A stretch of DNA of 64,000 nt from Octopus bimaculoides. Lineage: Eukaryota. The stretch covers positions 71,721,671-71,785,670 of the forward strand of contig NC_068989.1 in NCBI RefSeq assembly GCF_001194135.2. The letters run 5' to 3'. Positions 23,201-36,300 of the stretch are shown piece by piece; positions within the stretch are counted from its first letter, which is position 1, and each line of letters opens with the position of its first letter. Both the position numbers and the translations under genes were made by a program. The notes beneath the pieces are model-generated. The model saw nothing but the letters and a program-made list of their open reading frames with translations. It did not search any database and had not been told where the DNA came from.

Positions 23201-25894
23201 CAATGTAATGTATGCAAGAGTGTGCTCTACCACTTCTGCCAACTTTCTGCCTTGCCTTTGACTAATATCGATTAATATTGATTAAAACGTTAGTTGATTA
23301 ATATTGATTGATTATAGAAATTGGTGAATCAGTGTAGTTAGTTATTTTGATCTGTAAGCAAGACTCTCACAGTACGTGCAGTGTGTGGTGGAGAGAGATA
23401 AAAAATATTGCAAGAAAGAAATGTTACTACCAACAGTTTTTTTTTTCTTTTTCTTTTTCTTGAATTGGAAAGGAGAATGTCAGTCCTCCCCAGGTAACAT
23501 TTGCAGATGAATCCAGTACCTATTCCTGACAGCTAGACTAGCTGAGGCTTGTAGAATGAAGTCCATTGTCCAAAATAGACAACGAAATACTTACAGTAGA
23601 TAAGAATTGGTAGTCCAAGACAGTATCCACTTAATCATTTTTTGTTTTCCAAAGGCATTAATGACATAGTGAAGTGGAAATAAAAAGAAAAAGAAGAAAT
23701 AAAAGCAAGATCTTTGACTGGAATTTGATACCAGTCATATATATGGCTTGCTGGAGCTTGCTGTTTGCAAGGCAATGCTCACCGCTCTCTAAAATTAACA
23801 CTATCATTAATTTTACTCCATCTATTTAGAACTATTACCTTGTGGAATAGATGATGCAATTGTTAATAGTTATTACGTAAATTTAGACTAACTGAATCGT
23901 TTTCGTAACTAATTATGATCAATTAATTATAGAAATGGCACTTTAATAAAAGGGTCTATTTATTGATTAAATTAATAATTTACGTGTTTGTTTTGTTAGT
24001 TAAGACATCCCGTTTAATCAAGGTGATAATAGCTTCAAGGTACCTAATCCAAGATTGGGTACCCTTCATTGCAGTGCATTAAAAAAAAAAAAGTGTGTTT
24101 TATTTTCTCAAAAGTGAAAAAAAAAAAAAAAAGAAATTGTCTGATAGGAACAGTTAAAGAAAAGAAATAGAAGACGAAAATGAAAAACAGGAAGAAAAAA
24201 TAGCCAAAAGAAAAACCTGGGAAAAGAAAGGGACTTTTTTTGGCCATAAATTTCTAATTTACAATGTCTTCTACATATTTTGGCAGTAAAAGAAAATAAA
24301 ACAAGAAACAAAAACCAAAAAAAAAAAAACATAAAATGATAAACACCAAAACTCCACTTTTATTCAAATGGCCTAACAACTAACTGCAAAGTAACATAGA
24401 AAAATCTGGAAGGAATAAACCGACATTGTTATTCTCAGGAATGTGGTACAGGTGAATCTAAAGGCTCAGTCTTTGTGTGACAATTTGTCAGTGTTATTAT
24501 TAAATTTATGACAATATTTCAGACACTTAAACTGCTGTCCCCACCCACCCTGCTCCATAATTCTGGTTCCTTTATCACATAATCACGTCATCTAACTATT
24601 CTTCTCCTACATTGTTGTAGCTGTTATTGTTGTTGTTCTCTTGTGGAATATTCTACTAAAATATCAAACCTTGATGTCTGCTAGTCCTCCAGTTACTCAG
24701 CCACCCATTGTCTGCTGTCTGATCAATCAAGTGAGTAAGTAGCTTTTACCATTGAATAAATATAACCTAGATTTACCTTTTCTTGATTTTCTATACACAT
24801 CTCTCTCTCTATCTTCGTTTTTCTTTACACATCTCTCTTTCTCTCTCTCCTCCTTTCACCAGACATCACTTCACTCATTCTTTATGTCCTTCTCTCTCTC
24901 TCTCTCATGATATCTGCTCCACTCACTTCCAATACTATTCTCTCTCTCCCTCCCCTGATAAACACACATGCACTTACTCTGCCCACTTCCTATACCATCT
25001 CTTCCTTTCTTCCTCTCTCTTTCTCACCTGAGACACAAGCATTTACTCTACCCTCTTTCTATTGTATCCTCTCACTTTCCCTCTCATCTGACAAACATGC
25101 ACACACACACACACAAAGTCTCTCTTGACATCCACCTCTTTTCCATCATCCATTCTCCAAACATCTCCCTCTCTTCATATCCATTCCATTACCATAACCA
25201 CCCCCCATTCTCTCTCATCACTTAAACATATACAGATCTCCACCCTCTCTCTCTCTCTCTCTCTATTTTATCTGTCACCGTTCCTCCCATCTACTCCCCC
25301 TATTTTCCTTTCTCGCCTCTTTTCATTCACCTGTTCTTAAATCTTCTCAACCTCATGCCTACCCCAACTCTTTTACTCTCATCCATTTCTCTCTCTCTAA
25401 ATTCACCAATATTGATTGGAAAGTTCTGAAAGAGAGAGAGAGAGACAGACAGACAGAGACAGAGAGAGCAAGAATCTTGATTTTTGAACAAAACAGTGGT
25501 TGTAGTAGTGATAAAGAATACTGTACGAAGAATTTGCTACTTTTGATCCAATCTCTCTTTGTATTAGTATGACATACCTATCTTCTTTAATAAACTCAAT
25601 CTCTCTCGAACCTTCTTTGTTTACCCTCTCTTCTCTTTTATGAACAGACATGCCATTCTTTCTCACAAACACACACACTCACTCTCTCTCCTTGTCTCTT
25701 CAGTTTCAAATACATACACAAATCTGTTTCAAACATATACATACATATATATACTCTCCTAATTTCTCTCTCCATTAACTTGTCAGACAGACACAGTCAT
25801 TCTCTACTGTCTTTCAATTTTTTTTTTACTTTATCTGTACTATATGTCTCTCTACTAAACTTTTTCTACCTATAAAGTCTTTCTATATATGCTT

Positions 25895-25937
<43 letters not shown>

Positions 25938-26688
25938 NNNNNNNNNNNNNNNNNNNNNNNNNNNNNNNNNNNNNNNNNNNNNNNNNNNNNNNNNNNNNNN
26001 NNNNNNNNNNNNNNNNNNNNNNNNNNNNNNNNNNNNNNNNNNNNNNNNNNNNNNNNNNNNNNNNNNNNNNNNNNNNNNNNNNNNNNNNNNNNNNNNNNNN
26101 NNNNNNNNNNNNNNNNNNNNNNNNNNNNNNNNNNNNNNNNNNNNNNNNNNNNNNNNNNNNNNNNNNNNNNNNNNNNNNNNNNNNNNNNNNNNNNNNNNNN
26201 NNNNNNNNNNNNNNNNNNNNNNNNNNNNNNNNNNNNNNNNNNNNNNNNNNNNNNNNNNNNNNNNNNNNNNNNNNNNNNNNNNNNNNNNNNNNNNNNNNNN
26301 NNNNNNNNNNNNNNNNNNNNNNNNNNNNNNNNNNNNNNNNNNNNNNNNNNNNNNNNNNNNNNNNNNNNNNNNNNNNNNNNNNNNNNNNNNNNNNNNNNNN
26401 NNNNNNNNNNNNNNNNNNNNNNNNNNNNNNNNNNNNNNNNNNNNNNNNNNNNNNNNNNNNNNNNNNNNNNNNNNNNNNNNNNNNNNNNNNNNNNNNNNNN
26501 NNNNNNNNNNNNNNNNNNNNNNNNNNNNNNNNNNNNNNNNNNNNNNNNNNNNNNNNNNNNNNNNNNNNNNNNNNNNNNNNNNNNNNNNNNNNNNNNNNNN
26601 NNNNNNNNNNNNNNNNNNNNNNNNNNNNNNNNNNNNNNNNNNNNNNNNNNNNNNNNNNNNNNNNNNNNNNNNNNNNNNNNNNNNNNNN

Positions 26689-26729
<41 letters not shown>

Positions 26730-27071
26730 CATTAATGATCATCAGCATATTTTCTCTTTATACCATCTAAATTACTCACTATCACACACCGTCTATGTCT
26801 TCACCACCAACCATCTAAGTTACCTTCTAAACACCATGCATCATCTATATGCTATATGCAGACCATCTTAATACACCATCACTTCTATATATCATAAACC
26901 CCACCCCAAAAACACAATCTTAATCTTATCTTTGTGTGCATTTCCTCATCTCCCATCTCACATTATCACACTAATATTATTATAACCGTTATTATCATTA
27001 AAACTAGCATATCTTATATTAGTTATCAGCTATTTTATCTTGAGGTTTGGTGGCAATAATCTCCTCAAATC

Positions 27072-27200
27072 TTGTGAATCCTTCTAAAGATTCTTGCAGA
27101 ATCCAGGTTGCACTTTTCTGCAGGTCGACAAGGAAAGTCTTAATTCCAATATCCTTTAGTTTAATTGTCATCATCATTCTTATCATTTAAATACAACTAA
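27072..27200 (-). mobile_element. R4/Dong-like RLE LINE C-terminal fragment
   Basis: KLKDIGIKTFLVDLQKSA and, frameshifted, LDSARIFRRIHKI*. Confidence 0.5.
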
Positions 27201-27611
27201 TTGTCTTAATTTTAGTTGCTGTTTCTTTCATCATTTTTATACTTTGATATATTTTTTTATTCTAACAGAAAAAAATTCTTATAACAAAGAATTAAACAAA
27301 ATGATTTTTAAAAAAATTAAAGAAAAACACTAAATAAAACAAAAAGAATATTTAAGTGATTAATGGAATAATTTTTTTTTAAATAAATAAAAAATCAGGG
27401 ATAGCTATTTTTTGTTTTTACTGTATCTTCTTTTTTCTTTCTTTCTTTGTTAGGTTTGTTCCATTTCCTCTTAATATACTAAAACGTTTTTTTTATCTTC
27501 TTGGTCTTATATTTATTTTTTAAATGTTTTCTTTTTGTTTTTTTTTTCGTTATTTTTTTTGCTTTCTATTGTAATTTTATTTATTATTTTTTTTTTCTAG
27601 AATGGTAGTAG

Positions 27612-27782
27612 TTAAGGAATTTTGGAAGCAATTTCCTTCAGTTGGTTGTGACTAAGTCTAAAAAGTTCTCCAACATCTTTAGTGATATCAGTGGCGCCAA
27701 ATCGTTTGTAAAAATCAATAGCCAATTGATTCCAGTCCAGCACACACCACTGCATCAATTCACATTGTTCTCTGGCAGCAAC
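27612..27782 (-). CDS. SAT1/SAT2-like: SSAT-like terminal exon (VLDWN..FYKR.GA)
   Basis: Minus-strand acceptor tttctttccag, 57 codons ending TAA. Confidence 0.93.
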   Translation of the reverse strand, partial: VAAREQCELMQWCVLDWNQLAIDFYKRFGATDITKDVGELFRLSHNQLKEIASKIP

Positions 27783-30700
27783 CTGGAAAGAAATAACAAC
27801 AATAATAATAATNNNNNNNNNNNNNNNNNNNNNNNNNNNNNNNNNNNNNNNNNNNNNNNNNNNNNNNNNNNNNNNNNNNNNNNNNNNNNNNNNNNNNNNN
27901 NNNNNNNNNNNNNNNNNNNNNNNNNNNNNNNNNNNNNNNNNNNNNNNNNNNNNNNNNNNNNNNNNNNNNNNNNNNNNNNNNNNNNNNNNNNNNNNNNNNN
28001 NNNNNNNNNNNNNNNNNNNNNNNNNNNNNNNNNNNNNNNNNNNNNNNNNNNNNNNNNNNNNNNNNNNNAATAATGGCCCCTTAATTAACCACTAAGAATT
28101 TATTAAAAGATTGAGAATGGTACATCATCATCATCATTGTTTAACGTCCACTTTCCATGCTAGCATGGGTTGGACGATTTGACTGAGAACTGGCAAACCA
28201 AATGGCTGCACCAGGCTCCAATTTGATTTGGCAGAGTTTCTACAGCTAGATGCCCTTCCTAACGCCAACCACTCCGAGAGTGTAGTGGGTGCTTTTATGT
28301 GCCACCGGCACGAAGGCTAGTCAGGCGGTACTGGCAACGGCCACATTCAAAATGGTGTATTTTACGTGCCACCTGCACAGGAGCCAGTCCAGCGGCACTG
28401 GCAACGACCTCGCTCGAATGTCTTTTCCCGTGCCAGGAAGGTGACGCTGGCAACGATCACGCTCAAATGGTGCTATTTACGTGCCACTGGCACGGAAACC
28501 AGACAGCTGCTCTGACAACGATCACGCTTGGACAGTGCTGTTAGTGCTCCACTGGTACAGGTGCCATCACGATTTCACTTTCACTTGCCCCAACAGGTCT
28601 TTGCAAGCAGAGTTTAGTGTCCAATGAAGGAAAGGTATGCATAAGTGGGCTGGCTACACCCCTGGCAGAGGCCTCGGATTATGGTCTCACCTGGCTTGCC
28701 GGGTCTTCTCACGCACAGCATATTTCCAAAGGTCTCGGTCACAAGTCATTGCCTCGGTGAGGTACAAAATGATACAATTCTATGTGGGGTTACATGAAAA
28801 TGGGTAAACAGTAAAATAAGGATGAGATCTGAACTTAAAATGTAAAGGGGTGAAACAAATACTGCAAAGCATTTTTTTCCAGTGTTCCAATGATTTTGCC
28901 AGCTTTTACCATTAATAATAATTCTTTCTACTTTATGCATAAAGTCTGAAATTTTTGAGGGAAGTGGTCAAGTCAATTATGTCAGCCCCAGTGCTTGACT
29001 GGGACTTGTTTTATTAACCCCCTCACAAAAGGATGAAAGGTAAAAGTCAACCTTGATAGGATTTGAGCTCAAAACATTAAAGAGTCAGAAATGGTTTCAA
29101 ATATATATATATACACTCTCGGAGTGGTTGGCGTTAGGAAGGGCATCCAGCTGTAGAAACTCTGCCAAATCAGACTGGAGCCTGGTGTAGTCATCTGGTT
29201 CGCCAGTCCTCAGTCAAATCGTCCAACCCATGCTAGCATGGAAAGCAGACGTTAAACGATGATGATGATGATATATTGCATCAATCTCATTGCTTTGGCA
29301 TCTGCTTTTCCATACTAGCATGAATTGGGCAGGCAGTGCTTTATACCCAAAATGTCCTCCTTCATGGTGCCAAACCTTTTAATCCTCTGTTATCACACAG
29401 TGTTCATAGGTACACTATACCCATTCTAAAAGCCAAGGCAGCAATTCTGGCCAGCAATTTTAGTGGCAGGTGGTGGGGTGCTTAGTCAATTACATTGACC
29501 CCAATACCTGACTTTATTCTATTGACCCTGAAAGAGTAAAAGGCACAGTCAACCTTAGAAAAATTTCATCTCAGAATGTAAAGAGCCAGAACAGATACTG
29601 CAAAGCTTTTTTTTTTTTGTCCGACGCTCAAACTAGTCAGTCAGCTTGCTTTCTTAACAATAATAATGATGATGATGGTGATGATGATGACAATTATCAG
29701 TACATCACTAAACGAGTTTAATTTTTATAAATATTTTAGAAAGTTTGTAATGTATTGATTGATTGATTAAAGACATTAAAGTTAAAACACTTTAAAAAAT
29801 AATGTAATTATTTAATTGAAAAGTGGGTGGATGATGAGGTAGAATATAGTAATAGCAGTAGTAATGGTGGTGGTGGTGGTGGTGCTGAGTGTTGTTGGTT
29901 GCAGTGGTTGTAATGGTAGTGATAGGAGCATATGAGAAAAGTGTAAAGAATGAGAAAGATGATGATGATGATGAAGAAGGAGGAGGATATTGGAGAGGAA
30001 GGTAATGAAAGAGGAGGAGGTTCAAACTAGAAAGGAATGAAAACACACACACACAAACACCCAGACAAGAAAATCAAAAGAAAACAAACAATAGAATATG
30101 GTAAAAGAAAAAAAAAAGTAGAATTGAAAGAAAAATGTAAAATACATAATTAGATGCAGGAGTGGCTGTGTGGTAAGTAGCTTGCTTACCAACCACATGG
30201 TTCCGGGTTCAGTCCCACTGGGTGGCATCTTGGGCAAGTGTCTTCAACTATAGCCTCGGGCCGACCAAAGCCTTGTGAGTAGATTTGGTAGATGGAAACT
30301 GAAAGAAGCCCGTTGTATATATGTATTTATATATATGTGTGTGTGTTTGTGTGTCTGTGTTTGTCCCCCTAGCATTGCTTGACAACCGATGCTGGTGTGC
30401 TTATGTCCCCGTCACTTAGCGGTTCGGCAAAAGAGACCGATAGAATAAGTACTAGGCTTACAAAGAATAAGTCCCAGGGTCGATTTGCTCGACTAAAGGC
30501 GGTGCTCCAGCATGGCCACAGTCAAATGACTGAAACAAGTAAAAGAGTAATGATAGAAGATCGTAAATGAAGAAGGAAAAAATATATATACTACTAAATC
30601 ATTTATTTATTCCAGTCATTGGACTGTGGTCATGTTGGGGCACTATCTAGAATGGTTGTTGTTGAACATATTAACCCCCAGTACTTATGTTTTTTAAATC

Positions 30701-32088
30701 TGGTACTTATTCTGTTGGTCTCTCCTGCCCAACTGCTAAGTTGCAGGACATAAACAAACCAACACCAATTGCCAAGCAGGTGTGAGTGTACACACATACA
30801 AACACATATTAGACACAACAGGCTTCCACACAGTTTTCGTCAACCAAATTCACTCACAGGTATTAGTCGACTCAGAGCTATAATAGAAGATACTTGTCCA
30901 AGGTGCCACACAGTGGGACTGAACCTGAAACAACATGACTGCAAAGCGAGCTTTTTAACCACACAGCCATGCTTGTGTCTGGTTGTGAAAAAAAAAAAAA
31001 AAAAAAAAAGGAGAAAAAATCCCAGAATGAAAGAAAGAAAAACAGAAGGAAAGCAATGGTCAAGGAATGGGACCCATGGAGGCTGAGTTGAATGATGGCT
31101 GTCTTATGAAAGTAGAAAGCACTTGGCAAAGCTTTGTAACCACACAATCCAGGGTTCAATTCTCACCTTACATAGTACCTCAGGCAAAGGTTTTCAGTTA
31201 TAAACTTTGCTTGAACAATATTTTGTGTGGCAAACTGGAAGAATTGTTAACACACTGGGCAAATTGCTGAGTGGAATTTACGTTCCGAGTTCAAATTCCT
31301 CCAAGGTTGACTTTGCCTTTCATCCTTTTGGGGTTGATAAAATAAGTACCGGTTAAACACTGTGGTCAATGTAATTGACTCACTCCCTTCTCCAAAATAG
31401 CTGACCTTGTGCCAAAATTTGAAACCAATATTTCATGTGGATGGAATTTACTAGATGGAAACCATGCAAAAGTTTGTGTGTATCCATATCCTGTTGTGTC
31501 TTGGCTTTTAGAATGGGTATAGTGTACCCATGTGGAGGCGCAATGGCCCAGTGGTTAGGGCAGCGGACTCAAGGTCATAGGATCGTGGTTTCGATTCCCA
31601 GACCGGGCGTTGTGAGTGTTTATTGAGTGAAAACACCTAAAGCTCTACGAGGCTCCGGCAGGGGATGGTGGCGAACTCTACTGTACTCTTTCACCACAAC
31701 TTTCTCTCACACTTTCTTCCTGTTTCTGTTGTGCCTGTAATTCAAAGGGTCAGCCTTGTCACACTGTCACGCTGAATATCCCCAAGAACTATGTTAAGGG
31801 TACACGTGTCTGTGGAGTGCTCAGCCACTTGCACGTTAATTTCATGAGCAGGCTGTTCCGTTGATCGGATCGACTGGAACCCTCGACATCGTAAGCGACG
31901 GAGTGCCAGCAAAGCAAAGAGTGTACCCATGAACACTGTGATAACAGAGGATTAAAAGGTTTGGCACTATGAAGGAGGACATTTTGGGCATAAAGCACTG
32001 CCTGCCCAATTCATGCTAGCATGGAAAAGCAGATGCCAAAACAATGAGATTGATGCAATATATATATATAAACCATACCCTTGCTTCT

Positions 32089-32126
<38 letters not shown>

Positions 32127-33262
32127 AAGGATAAGCATGATATACCAAATAATATAGTTGGAGAATATTTTTTATGATAGTTTAGTAGCATAAAGAGGGG
32201 CAGGAATTGTGAGCGTTTTCCAGCACCTCAGGGTGTTGAAGAGAATGGAAGAAAGTTATTGTTAGATGAGAGATGTGACGAGATTACTATCAAGGGAGTC
32301 AACTCTTCTATGGGTACTCAAGAACTGAAACTAAAAAAGTAAAAAAATAGATGGGATGGCTATGAGTGGAATGCTTTCTTCAGTTTTAGATCTGTTCAGT
32401 GAGAACTGAGCTGAGGATTAATAACAACAAGTTAACTTTGACAAACTCATTGAATGACAGGCATCAAAAGGAGTTCTAGGCACCCAGGAAAAGGGGTATT
32501 CAGTCATCGAAAATCTACCTCATTGAATTTTGTCTGACCCATGCTAATGTGGAAAAGTGTGCATTAAAAACAATGCTGCTGCTGCTAATGTGTGTATACA
32601 GGGTGGGAAAAAAGAGGTTGTGTGGTGGACAAGGCTGAAAGCACAAGGACAGATGCTTTCCTCTTTGGTAGAGGTCTTACTGAATTCTTCAAGTTTCACT
32701 TGAAAAGGAAACTGAAGTTGGAGATGGAAGTGCTGTCCTTGAGTGAGTTTATTGAAAGTTGTGAAAATGGCAAGAATGGATGATACCTCTCTAAGTTACA
32801 CTTAGAGAGGTGTCATCCACTCTTGCCATTTTCGCCTGTGATTTGGAGAAAGGGAATTGGAAGGGGCACTTGCTCTTGGTGTTTGGGGAGATCTCAGGCA
32901 GTGGGGTTCCTCGATTATTCCTAGAGGTGATCCTGTATCAAGAGAGCTACATCTCTATGATCCCCCCCCTTTTTTATTCTTAATTTGTATACTATGTATA
33001 TTTCCCTTCTTTTTCATTGTATACTGTAGATAGTTACATCCCCACTTTTAAAAAAAACAATTTTATCATTTCATTATATGTAAACCTCATCACACTTTGT
33101 GTCTGTCATTGTATTGCTCCCCTCATACACCCTGGTGGCAAATGGTTCCGGGTTCAGTCCCACTGCATGGCACCTTGGGCAAGTGTCTTCTACTACAGCC
33201 TCGGGCCGACCAAAGCCTTGTGAGTGGATTTGGTAGACGGAAACTGAAAGAAGCCCATCGTA

Positions 33263-33331
<69 letters not shown>

Positions 33332-36300
33332 TTGTGTGTCTGTGTTTGTTTCCCCACCATCACTTGACAACCAATGCTGGTGTGTTTATGTCCCTGTAAC
33401 TTAGCGGTTTGGCAAAAAGAGACCGATATAATAAGTACTAGTCTTACAAAGAATAAGTCCTGGAGTCAATTTGCTCAACTAAAGGCAGTGCTCCAGCATG
33501 GCCGCAGTCAAATGACTTAAAAGAGTAAAGAGTAAGAGTATTGTTATTATNNNNNNNNNNCCAGCATGGCCGCAGTCAAATGACTTAAAAGAGTAAAGAG
33601 TAAGAGTATTGTTATTATTATTATTATTATTATTATTGCTGGATGAATTGTTAGCATGGTGGGTGAAATGCTTAGTGGTATTTCGTCTGCTGCTACATTC
33701 TGACTTCAAATTCCACCAAGGTCGACTTTGCTTTTCATCCTTTCAGGGTCAATTAAATAAGTACCAATTACGCATTGGGGTTGATGAAATTGACTAGCCT
33801 CCTCCCCCAAATTTCAGGCCTTGTGCCTATTGTAGAAAGGTTTATTATTATTATTCATTTTGTTCATGTACATGTGTATTCAACATTATTTTATTTATTC
33901 TATTCAAGTGCAGTAAAACAGAAGTTTGTCATTGACAATTCCAGAATGTATCGAATTTATGTAGTGAAAGACTTATGGCCCACCTTAGTCTTTACTCTTT
34001 TACTTGTTTCAGTCATTTGACTGCGGCCATGCTGGAGCACCTCCTTTAGTCGAGCAAATCGACCCCGGGACTTATTCTTTGTAAGCCTAGTACTTATTCT
34101 ATCGGTCTCTTTTGCCGAATCGCTAAGTGACGGGGACATAAACACACGACCATCGGTTGTCAAGCGATGTTGTGGGGACAGACACAGACATACAAACACA
34201 TACACACATACATATATATATATACATATATACATATATACGACAGGCTTCTTTCAGTTTCCGTCTACCAAATCCACTCACAAGGCTTTGGTCGACCCGA
34301 GGCTATAGTAGAAGACACTTGCCCAAGGTGCCATGCAGTGGGACTGAACCCTGAACCATGTGGTTGGTAAGCAAGCTTCTTACCACACAGCCACTCCTAT
34401 GCCTTAATTTGTTAATTTTTCTTAGCAAAAATGAAGTGAATCAACANNNNNNNNNNNNNNNNNNNNNNNNNNNNNNNNNNNNNNNNNNNNNNNNNNNNNN
34501 NNNNNNNNNNNNNNNNNNNNNNNNNNNNNNNNNNNNNNNNNNNNNNNNNNNNNNNNNNNNNNNNNNNNNNNNNNNNNNNNNNNNNNNNNNNNNNNNNNNN
34601 NNNNNNNNNNNNNNNNNNNNNNNNNNNNNNNNNNNNNNNNNNNNNNNNNNNNNNNNNNNNNNNNNNNNNNNNNNNNNNNNNNNNNNNNNNNNNNNNNNNN
34701 NNNNNNNNNNNNNNNNNNNNNNNNNNNNNNNNNNNNNNNNNNNNNNNNNNNNNNNNNNNNNNNNNNNNNNNNNNNNNNNNNNNNNNNNNNNNNNNNNNNN
34801 NNNNNNNNNNNNNNNNNNNNNNNNNNNNNNNNNNNNNNNNNNNNNNNNNNNNNNNNNNNNNNNNNNNNNNNNNNNNNNNNNNNNNNNNNNNNNNNNNNNN
34901 NNNNNNNNNNNNNNNNNNNNNNNNNNNNNNNNNNNNNNNNNNNNNNNNNNNNNNNNNNNNNNNNNNNNNNNNNNNNNNNNNNNNNNNNNNNNNNNNNNNN
35001 NNNNNNNNNNNNNNNNNNNNNNNNNNNNNNNNNNNNNNNNNNNNNNNNNNNNNNNNNNNNNNNNNNNNNNNNNNNNNNNNNNNNNNNNNNNNNNNNNNNN
35101 NNNNNNNNNNNNNNNNNNNNNNNNNNNNNNNNNNNNNNNNNNNNNNNNNNNNNNNNNNNNNNNNNNNNNNNNNNNNNNNNNNNNNNNNNNNNNNNNNNNN
35201 NNNNNNNNNNNNNNNNNNNNNNNNNNNNNNNNNNNNNNNNNNNNNNNNNNNNNNNNNNNNNNNNNNNNNNNNNNNNNNNNNNNNNNNNNNNNNNNNNNNN
35301 NNNNNNNNNNNNNNNNATATATACATATATACGACAGGCTTCTTTCAGTTTCCGTCTACCAAATCCACTCACAAGGCTTTGGTCGGCCCGAGGCTATAGT
35401 AGAAGACACTTGCCCAAGGTGCCATGCAGTGGGACTGAACCCTGAACCATGTGGTTGGTAAGCAAGCTTCTTACCACACAGCCACTCCTATGCCTTAATT
35501 TGTTAATTTTTCTTAGCAAAAATGAAGTGAATCAACATTTATGCTTCATATCATTATCATTCAGCATCCATGTTCCATGCTGGCATGGATTGGATGGTTG
35601 ACTGATTGGATATGATCTGACAGGTCTGAGGGCTGCATTCTGTTCCACTGCCTACTTTGGCAGGATTTCTACAACTCAATGCCCTTCCTGATGCCAACCA
35701 TCTTACAGAATGCAATGGGTGCTTTAAGGATTTTCGAGCGAGATCGTTGCCAGTGCCCCTGGACTGGCTCTTGTGCGGGTGGCACATAAAATACACCATT
35801 TTGAGCATGGCCATTGCCAGTACCGCCTGACTGGCCTTCGTGCAGGTGACACGTAAAAAGCACCCACTACACTCTCGGAGTGGTTGGCGTTAGGAAGGGC
35901 ATCCAGCTGTAGAAACTCTGCCAAATCAGATTGGAGCCTGGTGTAGCCATCTGGTTTCACCAGTCCTCAGTCAAATCGTCCAACCCATGCTAGCATGGAA
36001 AGCGGACGTTAAACGATGATGATAATGATGATGATGATGACTAGTGAGGTCGTCAAGTAGCTTGCAAAACAAGAACTTCTTGGTCCAGGGGTTAGGGTTG
36101 AGAGGTGGGAAGATAAAATTAAAGAAGGTGGTTTATGCCAGGTTTTGAGAAGCAAGAGTACAATAGGGGAATAGCTATGGGTGCCTTGCTGCAGAAGAAA
36201 TACATACTCTTTACTCTTTTACTTGTTTCAGTCTTTTGACTGTGGCCATGCTGGAGCACTGCCTTTAGTCGAGCAAATCGACCCCAGGACTCATTCTTTG

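Noticed and set aside
19900-24500. Isolated splice-like signals and short frames (for example FHCILCKV near 20545-20570; 23590-23680)
   Set aside because: No recognisable homology or consistent exon chain
31533-31610. tRNA-like sequences at SINE heads as tRNA genes
   Set aside because: No complete acceptor stem; they run directly into SINE bodies flanked by TSDs
34230-35537. Apparent tandem duplication of about 215 bp either side of the N gap 34447-35316
   Set aside because: Nearly identical flanks around a gap are typical of an unmerged contig overlap or haplotype artefact
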